From Snodgrassella alvi (lineage in GTDB: Bacteria; Pseudomonadota; Gammaproteobacteria; Burkholderiales; Neisseriaceae), in NCBI GenBank assembly GCA_002777825.1, contig MEIR01000089.1:25562-89561 (forward strand): a stretch of 64,000 bases of DNA, read 5' to 3'. The notes beneath the pieces were generated by a model. The model searched no databases and was not told the origin of the DNA. It saw only the letters and a list, made by a program, of their open reading frames with translations. Below are positions 25,129 through 33,460 of this stretch, piece by piece. A program made the translations under genes and the position numbers. Position 1 is the stretch's first letter. The number at the start of each line of letters is the position of its first letter.

Positions 25129-26271
25129 CTATTCCTCCTCCTTCTCGTAAAAATTGTAATTTTCGAGTAAATGATTCAGTAAAAAGGCAACTATCTTTTT
25201 TTCAGGTTCGGAAGGCTCGGGCACCATTTCATTGGATAAGGTTGAATGACTGGTAAAATTGATTATGCGGGTTAAATATACTTCTCTATCATCAGGCAAC
25301 AAGTCTGACCAATGCCGATAGCCTAAAAAACAGGCGGTTTTTTCATACAAGTTACGTAATAGGGTAAAATGATATTTTTCAATTTTATTTTCCTCAATCG
25401 CTTGTTGCAGCAACTGCTTTAAATACAGATGATAGGAAAAACTGTGGTTTGAATCGCCTTTTTTGCCCTCTAATTCAAAATAGCCATCTGCCAATCGTCT
25501 TAGAATATAACCGTTTTTTAATCCTAACTCATTATAAAGTACATTATAAAACAGTGGATTATGGGTAGTGATGATAAATTTAATGTCAGATTCATTGGAT
25601 TTGATTAATTGGGCAATATCTACTGCCAATTGAATCAAATGATTCTCATCTAATGAGCTTACCGGATCATCAATAAAAATATAGCGTAATTGGTCAAATT
25701 CATTAGTAGAACGCTCGCTTTTTTCCGCAATATTGCGCTCGGCAATCACCAAACTAATCAAGGTGAAAAAAATACTCCAAATTAAGTTATTTTCTTCCCC
25801 CTTGGAGATTTTAATATTAGCAATACGCTGATCATTACCCGCTGCGAGCGAAAAAGTAACAGCGGAAAAATCCTCATTGAAATGCGGCGTCAGGTTTTGC
25901 TGAGTATACGATTGGAAGTAACGAGCAATATTTTGCTCCTGCCCTTGCTCTTTCAGAATCCAGTCCGTAAATGAATTGGGTTGTATGCTTAGCTGATGCT
26001 CACCTTGCTGATATTGATCGTTATTCCAGACAAATAAATCCTCGGTAAATGCGTTATAGTAAAGAATTTTATGCCGTGTTAAGGCTCCACTGTTTTCTTT
26101 ATCCGCTTTATCCTGCGATACAATAAACTCTTTAAACGCTTGCGATAAACGTGTTTTACCGGTGCCATTAAAAGCATAAATCAATTGGGCTTTGTTTCCC
26201 TTTTTCCCTTTTTGGGTGCTTTGGGCGTTTCTATCAATCTGCTCAGCAATATTTATCAGTGTATTATTCAT
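25129..26271 (-). CDS. ABC/Rad50-like P-loop ATPase embedded in the Type I R-M operon; PrrC/RloC-like anticodon-nuclease candidate
   Basis: Walker A AFNGTGKTRLS near N-terminus, Walker B + D-loop IFIDDPVSSLDENH, H-loop TTHN; occupies the prrC position between hsdS and hsdR. Confidence 0.5.
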   Translation of the reverse strand: MNNTLINIAEQIDRNAQSTQKGKKGNKAQLIYAFNGTGKTRLSQAFKEFIVSQDKADKENSGALTRHKILYYNAFTEDLFVWNNDQYQQGEHQLSIQPNSFTDWILKEQGQEQNIARYFQSYTQQNLTPHFNEDFSAVTFSLAAGNDQRIANIKISKGEENNLIWSIFFTLISLVIAERNIAEKSERSTNEFDQLRYIFIDDPVSSLDENHLIQLAVDIAQLIKSNESDIKFIITTHNPLFYNVLYNELGLKNGYILRRLADGYFELEGKKGDSNHSFSYHLYLKQLLQQAIEENKIEKYHFTLLRNLYEKTACFLGYRHWSDLLPDDREVYLTRIINFTSHSTLSNEMVPEPSEPEKKIVAFLLNHLLENYNFYEKEEE

Positions 26272-26288
26272 ATTCTGATTGTCTTGTG

Positions 26289-27533
26289 TTATTTATCTTC
26301 TACCTTAGGAAAGTTCAATAATAAATTACGATAGTACTCGTACTGTTTTTGGCGTAATTCAATCTCACGCGGTAAACCCTCGGTGATTGAATTAGTGAGT
26401 ACATCGAATTTATCTAGGATTTTGACAATACGGTCTTGTTCCTCGAGGGAGGGGATGGGCAAGCGATATTTAAGAATAGCTTCTTTATTTCCACGTGGCA
26501 TTTTTGCGCCTTTAGAATGTTGCATATTGTATTCAAAAAAATTATCATTTGCTAAGATATGATATAAATATCTGTAGGTTAACAGATTATTTTTTAGACG
26601 AATGACTAAAACATCACCATTAGTGCCTCCAGAAGAATCTGCCTGCCAAATTTTTTTTAAGTACGGACGAATATTTCCAATTAAAATATCATTGGTGAGA
26701 TATTCTGTAAAACTTCCTTCTTTAGGCACGTGATTTGAATCAGTTTTTCCTGCTCGGTTTTGTAATAAATTATCAACACCTACATAATTTTTTTCATTAA
26801 GTTTATCAAAGCTGATTCGAGTATTTGAATAATTAGCTACTTCGCCTAAAGCCTTCCACTCAACCTCATCCTCTTTAAAGGTCAACAATTGATCACGATA
26901 ATAGTTGTATTGTTTTTTCCGTGCTGTAAGCTCTGCTGTAAGCTCTGCTGTAAGCTCTGCTGTAAGCTCTGTAAATATGTCTAAGATACGGGTAATTTCA
27001 GTCTGTATGTGTAGCGGAGGAATAGGAATTTGAATTTTTTTTAATTCACTCATTGGTAAACTAATAACTGGCGAACCAACAATTTTTTTACTATATTCAT
27101 TTACTATATATTTTGAATTAAATAAATGAGATAAGTATTTTGAAACAACTATTTCTTGAACAGGTTTTATTACATAGACTCCTTCTTTGATATTCCAATT
27201 TTTAGGTTTTTCATCAATAACAGCTGTTTTTCCTACCGTCCCTGTCCCCGAAAATAAGATGTCGCCAGCCTCTAAATTCGAGCGGTTGTTTATAAGCTCT
27301 AAAGCTTGGTTATTAATTTTATCAGTCTTATCAAGGAATACTATCTTTCCATTCTGAATTTCTCGAACAGTTATATAGAAATTCATAGCATCGGATGTAT
27401 TCAACTTAAAGTTATTTCGTGGATTTAGCCCCGTTTTCAAAGATTTTATTACTTCCCCTAATGGTTTCCACTCAACCGCTACCCCATCAAGTAATTTAGC
27501 GATACTATTGTGCATATTTAAATTGTTACTCAT
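26289..27533 (-). CDS. hsdS: Type I R-M specificity subunit (HsdS) with two target-recognition domains and a TAEL-repeat central conserved region
   Basis: 414 aa; duplicated TRD architecture; central ...ELTAELTAELTAELTA...; conserved C-terminal YEYYRNLLL-type motif. Confidence 0.85.
   Translation of the reverse strand: MSNNLNMHNSIAKLLDGVAVEWKPLGEVIKSLKTGLNPRNNFKLNTSDAMNFYITVREIQNGKIVFLDKTDKINNQALELINNRSNLEAGDILFSGTGTVGKTAVIDEKPKNWNIKEGVYVIKPVQEIVVSKYLSHLFNSKYIVNEYSKKIVGSPVISLPMSELKKIQIPIPPLHIQTEITRILDIFTELTAELTAELTAELTARKKQYNYYRDQLLTFKEDEVEWKALGEVANYSNTRISFDKLNEKNYVGVDNLLQNRAGKTDSNHVPKEGSFTEYLTNDILIGNIRPYLKKIWQADSSGGTNGDVLVIRLKNNLLTYRYLYHILANDNFFEYNMQHSKGAKMPRGNKEAILKYRLPIPSLEEQDRIVKILDKFDVLTNSITEGLPREIELRQKQYEYYRNLLLNFPKVEDK
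26923..26970 (-). repeat. Perfect 4x 12-bp tandem repeat (GCTGTAAGCTCT) encoding TAEL repeats in the HsdS central spacer
   Basis: four identical in-frame 12-mers read directly from sequence. Confidence 0.95.
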
Positions 27534-27733
27534 TTCTTGCGACTTTCCTGTTTCGCTTTGTTCGCTAATGCATTGATGGTTTCCAGATAAGATATTTCTA
27601 CCCCACTAGAAATATTTCGTGAACTATGTTGTTGAACTGTTCGGATTTTCCGAACAGTTGCTTTTTTAAAGTAAGCATCAACACGAACTTTTTGATTATT
27701 AACATGATAAATTTGAATGTGATTATTGCTCAT
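27530..27733 (-). CDS. Small hypothetical protein translationally coupled between hsdM and hsdS
   Basis: 67 aa; start overlaps hsdM stop and stop overlaps hsdS start (ATGA-type overlaps); basic C-terminus. Confidence 0.4.
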   Translation of the reverse strand: MSNNHIQIYHVNNQKVRVDAYFKKATVRKIRTVQQHSSRNISSGVEISYLETINALANKAKQESRKK

Positions 27734-29274
27734 GCTTCAATCTCCGCCACAATTGCATCAATTTGGGCGCGTAAGCTATCAATTTTAGCTACAGTGTCTT
27801 TTAATTCAGCATTAAGCTGGGTGATATCAATAATTTCGCGGGTATCTTCGGCTTCCACATATGAGCTCACCGATAAATTATAGTCATTGTCGGCAATGGT
27901 TTGATTAGCAACCGATTTGGCAAAATATTCGACGTCTTGCTTGCTGGCAAATACTTGCACAATTTCTTCAATATGCTTATCAGTTAGGACATTATTATTG
28001 GTTTCTTTTTTAAACAGTTTGCTGGCATCAATAAATTGCGTGGTTCTGACGGTTTTGTTTTTCGCCAGCACCAAAATATTAACCGCAATCGAGGTACCAT
28101 AAAATAAGTTTGGTGCCAGTGATATCACGGTTTCAACAAAATTATTATCGATTAAATATTTACGAATTTTTTGTTCGGCGCCACCACGATAAAAAATACC
28201 CGGAAAGGTAACAATCGCCGCCCGCCCTCGCTCAGACAAGTAACTTAATGAATGCAGAATAAAGGCAAAATCGGCTTTTGATTTTGGCGCAAGTATGCCA
28301 GCGGGGGCATATCGTTCATCATTGATTAAGGTTGGGTTATCACTGCCAATCCATTTAATTGAATAAGGGGGATTGGAAACAATGGCATCAAATGGCTTTT
28401 CGTTGCCAAATTTAGGATTAAGTAGTGTATCCCCCAAGACAATTTCAAATTTATCGTAGTTGATGTTGTGTAAAAACATATTCATACGGGCAAGATTATA
28501 GGTGGTATGGTTAATTTCCTGACCATAGAATCCGTCCTCAATGATATGCTTATCAAACTGTTTTTTTGCCTGTAATAATAAAGAGCCTGAGCCTGCCGCT
28601 GGGTCATAGATTTTATTGATCTTTGTTTGATTATGTAAGGCTAATTGTGCGATTAATTTGGATACATTCGGCGGAGTGAAAAATTCTCCTCCTGATTTAC
28701 CGGCTTTAGAAGCATAATTAGAGATTAAATATTCATAAGCATCACCAAACACATCAATATGGTTATCTTCAAATTGCCCAAAATCCAGCTCGGCAATGCC
28801 ATTAAGTACGGCGGCTAGCCGTTTGTTTTTATCGGCTACGGTATTGCCTAAGCGGTTGCTGGTGGTGTCAAAATCGGCAAATAACCCTTTAATATCGCTT
28901 TCGGAAGGATAGCCGATAGCTGAACTTTCAATCGCATTAAAAATATTGGCCAAGTGGGTATTTAAGTCTTTATTGGTATTGGCCTCGGCAACGGTATGGC
29001 AGAATAATTGACTTGGATAGATAAAATAGCCTTTGGATTTAATGGCATCCTGTTTGATTTCGTCGGTGATAGCATCATCGGGAATTGATTTATAATCAAT
29101 ACTCTCGTCGCCTGCTTGCATATAATCAGCAAAGTTTTCACTAATAAAGCGATAAAATAAGGTGCCAAGTACATATTGTTTGAAATCCCAGCCATCAACC
29201 GCGCCTCTTACTTCGTCGGCAATTTTCCATATTTGGCGTTGTAATTGGTCTCGTTGCTGGATACTGATGGCCAT
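27730..29274 (-). CDS. hsdM: Type I R-M N6-adenine DNA methyltransferase subunit (HsdM)
   Basis: 514 aa; N-terminal HsdM_N domain, AdoMet motif [10 protein letters not shown] and catalytic NPPY ([11 protein letters not shown]). Confidence 0.9.
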   Translation of the reverse strand: MAISIQQRDQLQRQIWKIADEVRGAVDGWDFKQYVLGTLFYRFISENFADYMQAGDESIDYKSIPDDAITDEIKQDAIKSKGYFIYPSQLFCHTVAEANTNKDLNTHLANIFNAIESSAIGYPSESDIKGLFADFDTTSNRLGNTVADKNKRLAAVLNGIAELDFGQFEDNHIDVFGDAYEYLISNYASKAGKSGGEFFTPPNVSKLIAQLALHNQTKINKIYDPAAGSGSLLLQAKKQFDKHIIEDGFYGQEINHTTYNLARMNMFLHNINYDKFEIVLGDTLLNPKFGNEKPFDAIVSNPPYSIKWIGSDNPTLINDERYAPAGILAPKSKADFAFILHSLSYLSERGRAAIVTFPGIFYRGGAEQKIRKYLIDNNFVETVISLAPNLFYGTSIAVNILVLAKNKTVRTTQFIDASKLFKKETNNNVLTDKHIEEIVQVFASKQDVEYFAKSVANQTIADNDYNLSVSSYVEAEDTREIIDITQLNAELKDTVAKIDSLRAQIDAIVAEIEA

Positions 29275-29721
29275 GATTAAATTCCAATAAAAATCTGTGT
29301 GTTAAATATTAGGCTTATTGTGATATTTAAGCGGTAATTGTGTATTTTATCAGTATGGCTGCTTATTGGTGCATCAGGGTACAAAATAATATACGCCACA
29401 AGGCAATAATTGTATTATGGGTTCTTCGATATCAAGGTTCTAGCCTGCATTCTATGTATATTGCTTTTATAAGTGGCGATTCATTCTGGCCGCAGATTCT
29501 GTAACAGCTCAGCACATTGCATTTTGCCTGTGCCGATTGAGCATGATTGATTTTCTGGTGTTTGCTGTATTGCTCAGTCATCAATTATTTAATGTTGGTA
29601 GCAGTTGCGAAGGAGGCATCATTACAAGTACTTTATTTTCTTCCATAGCACTTTTTGCAGTAATAAGTTGCATTGAATTTGGTATTTAACCGACTAAGGC
29701 AGAGAAAATCGAAGTGGTCAT

Positions 29722-29821
29722 GGCTGCGGATAATGGCGTTGTTACCCTGATGGGTGATGCAGTAGAAGCACAGCGGGCACTGATTGAATACGATGCCTTA
29801 AATGCGCAGGTAGATGTTTGA
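29722..29821 (+). pseudogene. Orphan diverged copy of the gyrB 3' end (last ~32 codons: KIEVVMAADNGVVTLMGDAVEAQRALIEYDALNAQVDV*)
   Basis: ~75-80% identical to 20623-20726 ([34 protein letters not shown]); no upstream gyrB body. Confidence 0.75.
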
Positions 29822-29837
29822 ATCACTTTATTACATC

Positions 29838-29866
29838 AAAAAAGATGGCATAGCCATCCTTTTTCA
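29838..29866 (+). terminator. Diverged copy of gyrB terminator (AAAAAAGATGGCATAGCCATCCTTTTT)
   Basis: same hairpin as 20746-20775 with 2 substitutions; right-end direct repeat of the island. Confidence 0.7.
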
Positions 29867-29936
29867 TTGTCATGATTATATTCAGTAGCCAATCTGAGCT
29901 GGCTAAATATCTGATACAGTAAAACCAGCTAAATCA

Positions 29937-31163
29937 TCAGCCTTTAACACAGATAACCTGACGTAACTGATGTCTGATTTCTACCAGTTCCTGCTGTGCC
30001 TGCATTACGGCATCGATATCTTTGTACGCCATGGGAATTTCGTCGATTACTTCTGTATCCTTACGACACTCTACATGGGCGGTAGCCTGCATCTGATCGG
30101 CAACGGTGAATCTCCTTTTGGCTTCGGCGCGGCTCATTACCCGCCCTGCACCATGCGAACAGGAATGAAAACTCTCGGTGTTTCCTAAACCGCGCACGAT
30201 ATAACTTTTTGCGCCCATTGAGCCCGGTATAATTCCCAGTTCGCCCTCGCGTGCAGAAACGGCACCTTTACGGGTAACAAAAACATTGTGGCCAAAATGC
30301 CGCTCTTTTTGTACATAGTTATGATGACAGTTTATTGTTTGCAGATGCGTGGTAAACGGCACATCAATCACTTGGCGTAATGCAGCAATGGTGTTGTGCA
30401 TCATTACTTCACGGTTTACGCGGGCAAAATCCTGCGCCCAATGCACAGCTTCCAGATAATCACGACAATATTCGGTGCCTTCGGCAAAATACGCCAGATC
30501 GTTATTGGGCAGGTAGGTATCAATAAAATACTTTTTCATTTCTTTTTGTGCCAGTTCACTGAAATATTTACCAATGGCATGGCCAATACCACGGGAACCA
30601 CTATGCAGCATAATCCATACCTGATCGGTTTCATCCAGACAAACTTCAATAAAATGATTACCGCTGCCAAGTGTTCCCAGATGATGCAAGCTATTGGCTT
30701 TTAAAAAGCGCGGATATTTGCTGGTGAGTTTTTCAAATCCTGGCAATAGCTGCTGCCAGTACTCTTGTACAATCGGCGGCGGATTATGCCAGCTACCTTT
30801 ATCATATTTTTTATTACCCGGAGTAGAACCATGCGGTACTGCCTTTTCAATCGCCAGCCGCAATGGCATCAGGTCTTCCGGCAAATCCTGCGCGGTAAGT
30901 GATAACTGCACCGCCATCATGCCACAGCCGATATCTACGCCAACCGCAGCAGGTATAACTGCACCAGTAGTAGGAATCACGCTACCTATGGTAGAGCCTC
31001 GTCCCAGATGCACATCCGGCATTACAGCAATATGCTTAAAAATAAAGGGCAGTTCTGCGGTTTGCAGCAATTGTGTTTTGGCGATATCTTCTACTGGTAC
31101 GCCTTTAGTCCACATTTTTACCGGACGGGTTTTATCTTCTTTTAATACTTCATATTCTTGCAT
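29937..31163 (-). CDS. rtcB: RNA-splicing ligase RtcB (3'-phosphate/5'-OH RNA ligase)
   Basis: 408 aa; conserved RtcB metal/GTP-binding motifs (HxGxG region SGNHF, CHHNY, GAGR). Confidence 0.9.
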   Translation of the reverse strand: MQEYEVLKEDKTRPVKMWTKGVPVEDIAKTQLLQTAELPFIFKHIAVMPDVHLGRGSTIGSVIPTTGAVIPAAVGVDIGCGMMAVQLSLTAQDLPEDLMPLRLAIEKAVPHGSTPGNKKYDKGSWHNPPPIVQEYWQQLLPGFEKLTSKYPRFLKANSLHHLGTLGSGNHFIEVCLDETDQVWIMLHSGSRGIGHAIGKYFSELAQKEMKKYFIDTYLPNNDLAYFAEGTEYCRDYLEAVHWAQDFARVNREVMMHNTIAALRQVIDVPFTTHLQTINCHHNYVQKERHFGHNVFVTRKGAVSAREGELGIIPGSMGAKSYIVRGLGNTESFHSCSHGAGRVMSRAEAKRRFTVADQMQATAHVECRKDTEVIDEIPMAYKDIDAVMQAQQELVEIRHQLRQVICVKG

Positions 31164-31213
31164 TTTTATCTTTCATTATTTTTCTGTTTAATCAATCAGC
31201 ATAGGTTAGGCTG

Positions 31214-32794
31214 CTATTTTGCCTGAATGTTAATCAAACCATGTAATAACTGATCCAGACCGCCCACAACTGAAATTTTGTCGATGCGTTCAGCAATGCG
31301 TTCCAGTGTTTCCATTTCTTTCAAGCGTAAAGCCACTGGGTTATTTTCCATTACTCTGGCGGTATTCAGCAGGGAGCGGGTGGCGGAAGTTTCTTCGCGG
31401 CGGCGGATTACATTGGCCTGTGCTGCTTTTTCAGCCTCCACTACCTGCGCCAGTATGGTTTTCATGTCGCCCGGCAGAATAATGTCTTTCACACCTACGC
31501 TAATGGTTTCTATTCCGTAACCAGTCATATTTGCCTGCATATGCGCATTGATAACTTCATCAATCACATCCTTGTTTTCCAGCAATTCATCCAGCGTGCG
31601 GGTACCAATTGCTTCGCGTAAGGCAAATTGCAATTGCCGGTACAAGAGTTCCACAGGCTGGGCAGCTTTGGCGAAAGCAGTTAACACATCGGTATAGCAC
31701 CAGTTGGCTACTAGGTTGATACGCAGATTTACTTTGTCGCGGGTTAGTATTTCCTGCCCGGATATTTCTACCGTCTGCAAGCGTGTATCGACGATTTCAA
31801 CACTGATTTCGCGGTTAAAGCGCCAGTAAGCGGTGATGCCGGCATCCAGTAGCTGTTGTACTTGACCATTTACTTTTAATACACCAACATGATAAGCCGG
31901 TACCTGCGCAATCAGTATGCTGCTGTCTCCAATCACTTCTTTCTTACGTAATTTAGGCTGCAATAACTGCTGCACCATTTGTTCAGATAGCTGATAGCCA
32001 TCAGCCAGTTCTATGGTCTGCATGTGCTGCTTGCTGTTATTCTGCCAATATAATCGTTTTGTTCCCGGCGGCAGGATTTCCACCAGTAAATCATCTTCAA
32101 AGCGTAAACCGGCCTGATTGGCACCTACCTGCATCTGTACACAGTATTGCTGCATCTGCTCCGGTGCATTCTGCTCAATCGTGGCGGCCAGCAGGTCATC
32201 GATACGGTTATCCTGTAATTTGAATTTTCCCAGTACAAGCTTATGTTTGAATTCGCACAAGCCAATTACAGATGTGGGCGGAATAATCTGCACAAACTGG
32301 TTATCCACAAACAGAGTACCAATCTGTTCATCCACAAAATAATGCAGTTTTACATTGTCTATACCGGTAATCAGTCTGGCGGTATTTTTGGCCTGTATCA
32401 GTTCCAGTGCCACTTCATCCGGCAAACGGTAGCCCTGCTGCAAAGTCACTTTTTTAATCGATTGCGCTTTATAACTCTGCCAGTAAAGTGCTTTGGTGGC
32501 CGGCATAATGATCTCTACCAGTATGTCTTCTTCATAACGCAAAGCAATTTCATTATCCGCCACATGGACATAAAGACAGTATTTTTCTACTAGTTGCGGA
32601 TAAAAATTAAGCAGTTTTTCGGCGATGGCCGGCTCGATTTCAGTATCGGCCAGATCCACTAGATAATAGGTTATTGCTGAAAAGGGATCCCAGAAAGTAT
32701 GGCGGCCAGCGCTGACAATGGTATTTATCTCATCCCGTTTATTAACAACAGCCAGCTCACCTTTTTTTACATCGATTATGGTCAACATATTCAT
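31214..32794 (-). CDS. SPFH/band-7 (stomatin-like) domain protein with triplicated N-terminal SPFH-start-like module; co-operonic with rtcB
   Basis: C-terminal ...GIETISVGVKDIILPGDMKTILAQVVEAEKAAQANVIRRRE...NPVALRLKEMETLERIA matches stomatin/HflC core; three ~140-aa N-terminal repeats; SD GGAGA before MNMLTIID. Confidence 0.7.
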   Translation of the reverse strand: MNMLTIIDVKKGELAVVNKRDEINTIVSAGRHTFWDPFSAITYYLVDLADTEIEPAIAEKLLNFYPQLVEKYCLYVHVADNEIALRYEEDILVEIIMPATKALYWQSYKAQSIKKVTLQQGYRLPDEVALELIQAKNTARLITGIDNVKLHYFVDEQIGTLFVDNQFVQIIPPTSVIGLCEFKHKLVLGKFKLQDNRIDDLLAATIEQNAPEQMQQYCVQMQVGANQAGLRFEDDLLVEILPPGTKRLYWQNNSKQHMQTIELADGYQLSEQMVQQLLQPKLRKKEVIGDSSILIAQVPAYHVGVLKVNGQVQQLLDAGITAYWRFNREISVEIVDTRLQTVEISGQEILTRDKVNLRINLVANWCYTDVLTAFAKAAQPVELLYRQLQFALREAIGTRTLDELLENKDVIDEVINAHMQANMTGYGIETISVGVKDIILPGDMKTILAQVVEAEKAAQANVIRRREETSATRSLLNTARVMENNPVALRLKEMETLERIAERIDKISVVGGLDQLLHGLINIQAK

Positions 32795-33066
32795 TCTCCA
32801 GTCTATTGCAGCCAGCAAACAAGATGAACACAATCAAACGGATTAAGTAACGGAATAACAGGGGAAAGATTCATCATCATAACCTAATTATCGCCTGATT
32901 ATGATTAATAAATATTTTGCCTGCTATCCGGTTTTTTTACCCAAACAAAACAGCCATGGCTGAGTTTGCCCGGTTAACCGGTTTTTCCTGTGTCTAAGCT
33001 TTTACTACTGTGCTTATTCCCATTTACTGGCTGGTATTGCTTAATACGACAAGTATTACTATGTGA

Positions 33067-33139
33067 TTTTTGAAACAGGAATCGAACCTGTCACAGATTG
33101 GTTTGGTGCCAATTGCTCTATCCAGTGAGCTTTTCAAAA
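33067..33139 (-). ncRNA. tRNA-like element (cloverleaf with Trp-type CCA anticodon but A8, A33 and no encoded CCA) in leader of the rtcB operon
   Basis: minus strand: TTTTGAA-AA-GCTC-ACTGGATA-GAGC-A-ATTGG-CACCAAA-CCAAT-CTGTG-ACAGG-TTCGATT-CCTGT-TTCAAAA-A; perfect 7-bp acceptor, 5-bp anticodon and T stems; canonical T-loop. Confidence 0.55.
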
Positions 33140-33283
33140 ATACTCCGTGAAAGGGAGGTGTCTTGCATACTCAGGAATACATGTTGATAATGCAAATAGA
33201 TTAACCTTGCGGCGAATCCGGCAGCATTCGCTATGCACCTGACTGCCATATCAGACAGCATGTATTACAGACATAGGCTTTAT

Positions 33284-33299
33284 TGCAATTACTGTACCA
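33284..33299 (-). promoter_or_regulatory. Candidate sigma54 (-24/-12) promoter for the tRNA-like/SPFH/rtcB operon
   Basis: minus strand TGGTAC-AGTAA-TTGCA vs consensus TGGCAC-N5-TTGCW with exact GG-GC spacing; adjacent to divergent rtcR; AT-rich UAS region upstream. Confidence 0.35.
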
Positions 33300-33460
33300 A
33301 CAGGTAAATTTCTTTAGGAAATTTTTATAAACTATTATTTTTATTAATTAAATAATTAAATTTTAAAATTATTTGCCAGCTATTTATTGCTTAAATCCAA
33401 CATTATTTTATAAATTTATATATAATTTTATTTATATTTATAAACCAGTAGAACAATCTC

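Noticed and set aside
26923-26970. Tandem direct repeats that could superficially suggest a CRISPR array
   Set aside because: Only 12-bp units with no spacers, lying in frame inside hsdS and encoding TAEL repeats; no cas genes anywhere in the window.
33100-33125. Plus-strand TGGTGCCAATTGC read as a sigma54 promoter
   Set aside because: GG-to-GC spacing is two nucleotides too short. The sequence is part of the anticodon arm of the tRNA-like element on the opposite strand.
33067-33139. Calling the cloverleaf a functional tRNA-Trp gene
   Set aside because: Universally conserved U8 and U33 are both A and no CCA end is encoded. It is reported as a tRNA-like ncRNA or pseudo-tRNA instead.
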